Positions 10,416-19,548 of a stretch of DNA of 27,646 nucleotides are shown one piece after another. Location: contig CM119267.1 in assembly GCA_051294375.1 (NCBI GenBank), positions 6,443,407 to 6,471,052 on the forward strand, given 5' to 3'. The notes beneath the pieces were generated by a model, which did not search any database, was not told the origin of the DNA, and saw only the letters and a list, made by a program, of their open reading frames with translations. The stretch is from Paraspadella gotoi. Its lineage: Eukaryota; Animalia; Chaetognatha. Position 1 is the stretch's first letter. Every line of letters begins with the position of its first letter. The translations under genes and the position numbers were made by a program.

Positions 10416-11482
10416 CTGTTGTGCGAGGGGGGGTGGGGGTTTGAATGAAACGTGGGCTTTTATTAGAATAGGAGTATCTAAAATGCGAGCAAAAGGAAAA
10501 CTAATTCTATAAATAGTTGGGTTTTTTTTCTCTCTTTTACAATTTATACACTTTTACTCTTTTTTGTTGTTGTTGTTTTTGCTTTTTTTAAAAAGAGTTA
10601 TTCTTAACATTTTACTTAAAAAGACAATTCTGTTCTATCGTTAAATTCATACATAATTTACTATAAAAATTTACAAAATAACAAAATCCGATCGGGGAGT
10701 TAAAAGCAGGATGATTCTCCTCGACCTGATCTTTTCAAAAAGGCAGCTTACAAATTCGAAATTTTCTTTCAATTTAAATATTTTTTCTTTTCTTTGGACG
10801 AAAAACAATGATATTATATCGCAGACAAAAACGATGATATTTATAGCGATCATCGTCGAATTTATTACCTTCGATCGACGAACAAAAGAACAAAAGAAAA
10901 AATAAAAGAGCAAGCGGCGAAACGGTTTTCGTGTTTAGCCGTCAGTGTTTGAATTTTTTTTAAATTCGCCTCAACGGGAAATATTTCGTCCTCATCTTCA
11001 AATTGTATTATTTTTTGGGAGGATCGAAAAAGGATTCCTTTAGTTATACAATTAAAGGATCTGGACTTTTTTCCCTTTTTTTTTACGAGTTGTGGGCAAT
11101 AAACATAATAATAATCTTTTTTTTTTACAGAGATGACGGGGTCGTCTGTAAGTTTAAAATTACAAAGTGAAAAAAAAAAGTGGGTATGCGTGACTGAAAA
11201 CCCCAATTTTTTTTGGACTATTTGAATTTAAAATTTTTAATCAAAAACTCAACTTTTTTTCTTGAAAAAAAAATAAAAAAAGAAAATCATAAAAAAAATG
11301 TTTCTATACAAAGATTATTTTTATTTGGATTGGATTTTCGATTATTTCGATAAACAGGAAGTCTGAAAAAGATAATCTTTCCCCAAAAAAAATGTCTCAC
11401 GAGAAAAAAAAATTTTTCTCTAAAAATGAAGGGTTTTGAAAAACTCGAACGGCTGTTTTGAGAAAAGGGGTGGAAAGGTTGG

Positions 11483-11533
<51 letters not shown>

Positions 11534-14376
11534 GATGACAGAAGATGACAGGTGAAAATGATTTAGCGTCGCTTTAACCCCATAGAATGTCCTTTTCCAC
11601 TGCGCCACGGTGTTACTCCTTTCGGCGTTTTCATCCAATACGAACCAGGATTTTTTAAATTTTATAATAAATATAGTTTTTCCATATATCCTTCTAACTA
11701 GTTTGGTATATTAGAATTCCTTTAAGTTAACGATATCATTTAAAACAAAGTACGAATTTAACGTTAGACTGACAAAAAAAAAAAAACCTAAAGAAAAGAA
11801 GGAAAGGAAATTCAAAAAAGAATAAACCCAATGAAACCCAAACTCTCACTGACCGAAATTCTAATCATCACTGCCCCCAAAAATTACCTCTATCCCCCCC
11901 CAAAAAAAAATTATCCCCCCACCCCCACGACCCCCCCCCCCAAAAAAAAAAACAAACCAAATCACCCGAAACTGAAGGCGTTGGCGACGGCGGCGGCGAC
12001 GCCTCTGATGGAGAGCGGAAGGACTTCGGCCATGACGAGATTGGGAACGGGACCGAATCCGAGGCAGAAGAAAACGAAGAAGAAGAAACAGCGGTGATGG
12101 AGAGCGTGGAGACGTCGACGAGAGGAGAGAGATACTCGCACATCCCCATCAGAACCAGGGTCAAGCACATGCCTGGGATTGGGGATCGGAAGGGGGGGAA
12201 CGGTTGGGCGGTGGGGGTGGCAGTGAGTCATTTGGGAGTCGTCGAGAGATCGGGGAGCGAGGGAGATGATCCTGAGGGACTGGACCAAATAGATGTTGCT
12301 AGACAAATGTAAAGATTTTGTGATGGGGAAATATAGAAAAGCAAGCGGGTCTTAAGCAATAAGCATCCCAATTATCCCTCGTTACCCCGTTACTATGACG
12401 ACAAACATATCACGAACAACAACAACTAACCCGCGGCGGAAGTCATTAGTAACTTTCTCCGCCCGATGTTGTCCACGACGAGGACGGCGAAGAGAGTGGC
12501 GACGACCTGCGTCCCGCCCACGATGACGGCCGCCCTTTTGTTGTCATGGTAACCGACGCTCTCGAAATTGGACTCCATGTTGAAGACCAGGCAGTAGACG
12601 CCGCTGGTTTTGGGGGGAGGGGAGAAAAGACGAGAGCGTCAAACGTTTGCTTGGTTTGAAGGAGTAAAATATTGATATAAACTAAACTTATTATTAACCA
12701 TTTGACTAACCGTTCGTACTGACCTAAATTGCTGAGCCACCATGAGCGCCAACGAAATGGCGATAGGCTTCCGCGCCCAACGCCTGACGAGCGGAGGATC
12801 CAGCGTCGTAGCGGCCGCCGCCTCCGCGCCGCCTCCGCCGCCGCCGCACACCCCAGTCGCTCCGTACGAAGTCGGCGTCCACCGCCAGGGCGTCGGCGGC
12901 GTCGGCGACCCCATCGCCTCCGAGCAAGCGTCCTCGATCTCTCTCAACTCTCTGTTGATGTTGTGATCGGCCTTGCGCAATTTCTGCAGACACCCGCGCG
13001 CCTCGTGACTCAGTCCTCGAGAGACCAGCCAGCGCGGCGAATTGGGCGCCGCAAGCGCCAGCACCGCGAACGCCGCCACCGGCGCCATGCTGATCAGCGC
13101 CTGCCACGCCCAGTCGATATCCGGATCGGTGCCCATCGCGTAGGCGAGCTCGATACCGACCACACCGAAGAGGCTGTGAAGAGCGGCGGTGGCGCCGCGG
13201 AGGCGCGGAGTGGAGATCTCGGTCAAGTAGGTGGGGATGGCGAGGCAGCCGGCGCCTTGGGTTTTGGGTGAAGGGTAAGGATAGGGTTTAGAAGGTCAGG
13301 GAAATGGGGGGAGAAGAATTGAAAGGATTTTGGCAAAAGAGCGGAAGGCTGTCAACCACACAGGGGGCGAAGCGATCCCCCAAGACTTGTTGACACCTAG
13401 GGCCCGTTCCATGGGCGGACGAGGGCGCTGAAGAAGTTACGGATAGTAGCACACAGTCTTCAGCTAGCTTAGTCCTTAGTCCATGACTCATGGCAGTTGT
13501 AACAGCCTCGACTTACCACCAAATAAATTTCGACAAACCTTCTTCAATCCACTTACTCTTACTCACCCACGCCGAATCCATTCAAGATCCTTCCCATGAG
13601 CAAGAAAACGAACTTTCCCGAGGGACGCCCGATCCGCGACGCCGCCGCTATCAGAGTCCATCCCACACAAACCGGCGTCGGCACGCAGACGATAAGCGAC
13701 AACTTTCGACCGAATCGATCCATGAGCGCGCCGGTGGCGAGGGCGCCCGGGATGGCGGCAAGGGTTACCGTGGAGATGAACCATGACGCCTCCTCTGATT
13801 GGTTAGCAAAGGGGTTGAGATATTGGCTGTGATTGGTCGGTTATTTAATAGATTAACGTACTTGGCGATTACAATATAAAGTGTCAAGATAAAAATATCA
13901 ACTAACGATTGCCTGCTCGTCCATGATCGACACGATTGCTTACCCTCGTTGAGAAAATCCATATCGGGAACAGCGGGAGAGGTGTAGCCCATGACGAGTC
14001 CGAGACACATGGATCCCAAGCAACAAGTGATGACGACGAAGTGAAAATATCCATTGGCGCCAACGCCTGTGGGGGAAAAATGATAAAATGGCAATCACGC
14101 CTATGGGTAAAATACGAGGAACGCTAAAACAATATTGTAACACTGCATTCGACCAATTCATAATTTAACGGCTCCATCGAGGATGTACTGATTTATAAAA
14201 TCATTAATCTAAATATTTAATTTAATTTAATATTTAAACTATAAGTATAACTATAACTCACACAGAATCGATGGTTTGAGTCGAGCGATGTTGTTGTTGT
14301 TGTTGTTTCTGATGGAGTTGACTGGTTCGTAGGAAAGGAGGTTCAAATGAGAAGAGGCGTGTTCCACTGCCGCCAT
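10076..14376 (-). CDS. MFS sugar porter family transporter (SLC2 class III GLUT6/8 or Tret1-like), 7 coding exons, ~572 aa, one apparent 1-nt frameshift
   Basis: Exons 14376-14262, 14066-13944, 13794-13567, 13255-12724, 12603-12431, 12172-11966, 10415-10076. All introns are GT-AG and phases agree except for one missing nt in exon 6. Motifs: GYTSP, MDRFGRK, GRILNGFGVG, PTYLTEISTPRLRG, PNSPRWL, QQFSG, VDNIGRRKLL, GFGPVP, MAEVLPLSIRG, VPETKGRSLEDIE. Confidence 0.93.
11488..11532 (+). repeat. (AG)n microsatellite in transporter intron 6
   Basis: Direct reading. Confidence 0.95.
11966..12172 (-). CDS. Sugar transporter exon 6 (TM9-TM11), with frameshift at ~12086-12089
   Basis: Acceptor aatcccag, donor GTGATT. 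Reads GMCLTLVLMG...LSITAV in one frame, then FFFFVFFCLGFGPVPNLVMAEVLPLSIRG in another. 207 nt where phase arithmetic needs 208. Confidence 0.88.
12431..12603 (-). CDS. Sugar transporter exon 5 (TM7-TM9)
   Basis: Acceptor aaaaccag, donor GTTAGT; encodes SGVYCLVFN...IVGGTQVVATLFAVLVVDNIGRRKLLMTSAA. Confidence 0.92.
12724..13255 (-). CDS. Sugar transporter exon 4 (TM4-TM7 including the cytosolic loop)
   Basis: Acceptor acccaag, donor GTCAGT; encodes IPTYLTEISTPRLRG...PNSPRWL...ALMVAQQF. Confidence 0.93.
13567..13794 (-). CDS. Sugar transporter exon 3 (TM2-TM4)
   Basis: Acceptor ctaaccaatcag, donor GTGAGT; encodes EEASWFIS...MDRFGRK...GRILNGFGVG. This frame is not in the ORF track. Confidence 0.92.
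13944..14066 (-). CDS. Sugar transporter exon 2 (TM1)
   Basis: Acceptor cccccacag, donor GTAAGC; encodes VITCCLGSMCLGLVMGYTSPAVPDM. Confidence 0.9.
14262..14376 (-). CDS. Sugar transporter coding exon 1 (MAAVEHASSHLNLLSYEPVNSIRNNNNNNIARLKPSIL)
   Basis: caaaATGGCG start context, 115 nt, ends at a GTGAGT donor in phase 1, which matches exon 2. No family motif in this exon. Confidence 0.7.
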
Positions 14377-15019
14377 TTTGGGTGACGAGGCGGCGAGACG
14401 CGATGAATCGTTACGTCATTGACGAAAGCGTCGCTTTTGTCGTCGGGACGTCATCGTCTCGATGAGCTCTCGCGATTGATGTTGTTTCAGCTGTTGTAGT
14501 TGATGTAGATGCGATTTTTTTTCGATGTTGCGTCAACGTTTGAAACGAAATCGTCACGGGAACGAAAAAGACATTTTCAGGTTTTGTGATGCATCTTTGT
14601 TTCTTCGTTGGTTTTTTAAACGGTTTATCTTTTTGATTTATACGTAGTGTTTTTTATTTTTCCTTTCGACAATTCGTCAGTCATTTCGCGACCGCAGTTT
14701 TCTCTGTATCTGCGTCGATCAGTCAAACGCCGACGACGACGACGACGACGACGAAGGTAATCAAAAAAGACTGAAGATAAAATTAAAAGATTTTGCGACA
14801 AAGAGATTACGACTTTGACGACATTCCAAAGTCTATTACATTCGACACTTCGGTAAAAGGTTTTTTTTTAAAGAAAAATGGGAAACTAACAATATAAAAA
14901 GAAACTATTTTGTTTTTTTTATTTATGCTTTAACAAAATCATTCTGAGGACTCGAGCGGTCGAGCCAATCCTGGCGAGTCAATGGTCATTCTTTAACTTG
15001 ACGAGACCCTGAACCGCTT

Positions 15020-15023
<4 letters not shown>

Positions 15024-15099
<76 letters not shown>

Positions 15100-15315
15100 G
15101 CTCATTTTAGAAATGACATTAGTAACAAATTTCGCAAGTTCTTCTAGTCATATTTTTTTCTTATCTCGTCATCGTCATATTAGTCGAATATCCTATCTTT
15201 CTATATCTCATAATCATTTCTCTGATTCGGCGATAGAATTCGATACGAGCAAATTGTCCTTGGAACGGACCCTTCAAACTTCATTATCTCCTCTTGACTC
15301 TGATCTTGTGTTTCT

Positions 15316-15356
<41 letters not shown>

Positions 15357-15388
15357 AATAATAAATAATAAATAATAATAATAAATAA
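15024..15388. repeat. (CT)n at 15024-15097, then (AG)n at 15320-15353 with an (AAT)n tail
   Basis: Direct reading. Confidence 0.93.
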
Positions 15389-16084
15389 TGAATCGATGAT
15401 GAATATGAACAAAAACGGGTGATTGAGATTCGGAAAAAAGATAACGCCACTTTCGCCCTAGATATGCAAATTAGGCAAGATAAAAATCTGCATTTGATTT
15501 GCGTATCAATTCGAATTTGAAACATTGAAAGAAAGGTAAAGAAAGAAAAAAAAGGGAAAAAAGAATAAAACTTAGATCCTCTTCAGTTCCTCTACGAACA
15601 GCTGCGCTTTCCATTTTTTTTTTGGTTGTTCCCAAAGACAACCAAAAAAAAAAAGAAAAATTGCTCTTTTTTTTCGCTAATTATTAAAAAAAAAGAGAGA
15701 ATGGGACTTTTTAAAATATTTAAATAGTAAATTGTAGATGGCGCGTCTAGAAATCTAAATGATGAGACTGAAAACAGCGATTCGAAGTGGAGAGACTGGA
15801 AGTTTATTTACAATGTAGAGGATCGATTTTCCAGTCACTTTGCTTTAGTCTAATCCTGGTGAACTTATGCAATGCCCGACTCCATATGCCCGAAAAATTT
15901 CATAATTCCGATTCAAACTATTCTGCTTAGAGAAATGCGGCATTCCCGGGAAATTCAAGATCTCATCACTTCCCTTTTCTTAAAATCTTTCTTTAATGAC
16001 AGGGACGAAATCTAATGACAGAACTCGTGACACAAGTTGTGACAGACGAGTTTAAAAGGGACCGAAAAATGTCGTTTTAGCGAC

Positions 16085-16086
<2 letters not shown>

Positions 16087-16133
<47 letters not shown>

Positions 16134-16313
16134 CCTTTAAATCCAAACATCCAATGTTTTCCATCAAATTTCAATTATCTCGATTCGTTGAGTCTCAATT
16201 CACTTTTTAAAATCGTGAATTCGAACTTTTTTTGTTTGTTTATTCTATACCTTTTGATCAAAAAATTCTCGCTTTTGCCTCCTCCCCATCGCATTATCCC
16301 AAATTAGGATTGG

Positions 16314-16376
<63 letters not shown>

Positions 16377-16433
16377 GAGAAGTAATTTTGCAAGATGAAC
16401 CTTTTTCTTGAAGCCCTGTTTTCCCACGGGCTC

Positions 16434-16509
<76 letters not shown>
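16087..16509 (+). repeat. Three (AG)n microsatellites
   Basis: ~16087-16130, ~16314-16373 and ~16437-16509. Confidence 0.95.
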
Positions 16510-16513
<4 letters not shown>

Positions 16514-17173
16514 CATAGCTCACACCTGACTAATTCCTAATCAAAGTCGACTTCAAAAGATTTAGTTCATCTGCGTCGAAGAACACAAGGAGAGACTTTA
16601 TTGATAGAGAAAGAGAGAGAGAAACTTAATATTCCATTAACCGAAGGAGAGAGAGAGAGAGTGACCTTGCTTTTTAAAGAAAGTAAGGTATTAGGGTGTT
16701 GAGAAGTTGATTTAAAATCCTTTCCTCTTCGAGTCAAAAGCGGACGAACAAGAATCGATGTTGTTCCGAGGATAATTTATTATTTTTCTTTTAAACCCTG
16801 AAAACGAGAGCGACTCAAGCCTTTAAATCCGGGGCCGCTCATCCGGGGCGATCATCCGGGGGGAGCCGGGGTTCGGAGTGACGTAGAAAAAGGTCAATTT
16901 GTTTCCCGTTCGTGAATGCTCCGTGGAAATACGTTTAGGAAGCTGAAATATTAATTATGATTAATCAATGACAAGGAAGAGAACAATTTTTTTTTTTAAA
17001 AGGGAGTAACGATCGGTTTCGGTAATTAAGAAACATCACAGTTTAAATTTTCGTTCGTTAAGAAATTGTTTTACATCGTCACCTACTTATAATCTTTTTC
17101 TCAGTGATATTGCGCTATAAGTACAATTTTTTTCATAACTCAGTATTTTTATCTTTTTTAACATTAATTTCAG

Positions 17174-17212
17174 ATACGTGCGAGCTGCAGGGATCAAAGT
17201 TTCTTACAAATG
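17174..17212 (+). other. Candidate isolated 39-nt exon of an unidentified plus-strand transcript
   Basis: T-rich tract ending tttcag, then 39 nt open in all three frames, then ATG|gtgagt. It is a more GC-rich island in very AT-rich flanks. Confidence 0.35.
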
Positions 17213-17618
17213 GTGAGTTTTCTTAAATAAACGAATAAACATAAGAAATAAAATAAATTTTATACATATATCTTTTTAAGTTTTATTGCTTCATGATATT
17301 CTAAATTTAATATATTTTTTTATGAATGCCATTAAAAACGAATTTGGAAAACCCGGCACGCTTATCGCTTAACTCACTCACGGTTTACCTTCGCGATCTT
17401 TTTTCATTCGCGTCCGATCTCACACTCAACCGCGCACGCACTTTGCACGTACATCGTCACACGCACCGTCACTCGCACGCTAAAAGCGTTCTCGATCCAC
17501 GAATCTTCAACCTCGAATCTCGGTCGCTTTTTAAGTCGTCGTCAAACAAGGAGGCGACCTCGCTACAATTCCGCGATTATTTTACGAGAAAAAAGGGGGT
17601 CGTGTTTGCCTTACCTTC

Positions 17619-17627
17619 CTCTCTCTC

Positions 17628-17701
<74 letters not shown>

Positions 17702-17939
17702 ATCTATTTAGCTTTTATTTCTTTCTTTTTCCTTTTCTTGATGCCTTTTCTTGTGTCCCGCTTTCTTTTGCTCTCTTTCACCTCCTCCTCCTCTTTCCTC
17801 CTCCTCCTCCTCCTCTTCCTCCTCCTCTGTCCCTCTCGAGTTGACAGGTCAAAAACCCGTCGATCGTAATTTCTTCTCTGACGATTTTTCGATCTTCGTC
17901 TCCGTCTCTCACTCGCTCTCGCTCTCTCTCTCTCTCTCT
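17619..17939 (+). repeat. (CT)n and (CCT)n pyrimidine tracts
   Basis: Direct reading. Confidence 0.9.
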
Positions 17940-18769
17940 GTCAAATAAACGAAAGAATAGAAACAATAAAACAACTGGCGAAAAACGAAGAAGAAAGAAT
18001 CACGATTTTTTAAATTTTTTTTTTTACTTTTTTTTTTTGCCTCGAGGATAAAAGACATTTCTTATCGTATTAAATTCTGTTCACGTGATCTCTTTAAAAA
18101 AAAATATATAGAATAAAAAGAAGTAAAAAATGGTAATAAAACATAAGCGACTCGCGAGCGGATCATAATTAAGTAAAGCTAATAATTAAATATGGCCGAA
18201 AGGGAATAATTTTCATCCCCTCTCTCTCTTCTGCCAATCGCCCGCTGTGATTTCGATCTTTAAAGCGTCGAAAGAATCTGTCCACAATGTCGCCCGATTA
18301 ATGTCGTGGATAATATGATATCTACTGAAACTGTCGTTTTATAACTACGGCGGGAAACGAGTTCCGAGGTTTGCCGTTATTCGAAATACTAGAATGCAAA
18401 TGTCAGTTTTTTTTATAGGTCTACAATTTTCGTTCCCGTAGTAAATAAAGGAAGACAACTACAACCGGGTTACTTTTTAAATGTAATCTTCAGATCTAAA
18501 CAGTTCTTTCTATCTTTGAGAAATGTAGCGATCTTTCGCCTACATTATACTATAATCATCACCTCCTCTCCAAAACAGTATCCTCTGTACTCGACCTTCG
18601 ACAATCATTTCCGTTCGATATTAAACTCGCGCGAACAACTGTAAAAGCAACAGCTGCAACAGTTCACCCGACGACATCTGTGAAATCAAGTCAACATTTT
18701 CTCTTCAATCATACATTTGAACACGCGCCTTTTTCGTCTTTCCAACTTCTTTTAACCGCAACAAAGAAT

Positions 18770-18800
<31 letters not shown>

Positions 18801-19402
18801 CAAACAAATGCAAAATTCTAGTTTCCCTCAAAATTAAAGATTTTTTCTTCTTTCTTCGTCTTCCAAATTTTCATGACTGATTTTCTTCGAGGAAAATTCG
18901 CTCGAGGCGGAAAATTTTTTCGAGATTTCCAGATTTCGATTTTTTTTTCCCTGCCGGCGGCGTCATGTGACTCATGTCATGAGACTGCATTATCATCCCT
19001 TGTCATGCGACCGTATTGTCATGCATCTCCGTTGTAGCTGCGCGTGATAAAAAACGGTCTAGTGACCAGATGTCTTTTTACTAGCTATCTCAACTGACAA
19101 TATTAATTTGACTGATTGATCGATTCTATCCGATCAATTCTCGAATTGTCTTTTTTCGCTTCCCCGTCTTTCTTTGTCAAGAGGTTTTCTGTCAATCGGC
19201 GGCTTAGACCCTAAAAAGACAGTTCTCCGGTTTACCTTCGATTGATCGAAATTCGTCGCATCTCATTTTCCTATTTTTTGACATTTTTTGGAGTGACTGG
19301 CGTCCCCTTGGAAGACCTGTCCTGTCTATCTGTCTCTTACGTTTTAGTTTTTAATCGTTGCTCACTTTTATATTTTCGTTACCCAATGTTTTAATGGAAT
19401 TT

Positions 19403-19548
19403 AAGGGGACCCAGTGATAAAAATGATATCATAAGCTTAAGGGTCTATCATTAAAGGAATTCGAATGGTGATAGTCTGAACCAGCATAGTTTAAGGGACC
19501 AAACGTTATGCTTTCAGCTTTTTTTCCCCCCGATCACTGGGTCCCCTT
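19403..19548. mobile_element. 146-bp MITE-like element with perfect 16-bp terminal inverted repeats
   Basis: AAGGGGACCCAGTGAT (19403-19418) and ATCACTGGGTCCCCTT (19533-19548), with TTAA/TTTA-like ends and a non-coding interior. Confidence 0.6.

Noticed and set aside
12729-13271. 180-aa plus-strand ORF and other ORFs overlapping the transporter exons
   Set aside because: Antisense or alternative-frame shadows of GC-rich coding sequence.
13795-13830. Upstream alternative acceptor (aatcacag) for exon 3
   Set aside because: It puts exon 3 out of frame; the acceptor at 13795-13797 gives the conserved reading.
14320-14376. GLUT8-type N-terminal [DE]xxxLL sorting signal
   Set aside because: LL is present but the -4 residue is Ser; the adjacent YEPV (YxxPhi) is too short to support a call.
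17326-17844. 172-aa plus-strand ORF
   Set aside because: No recognisable motif, and the second half is (CT)n/(CCT)n.
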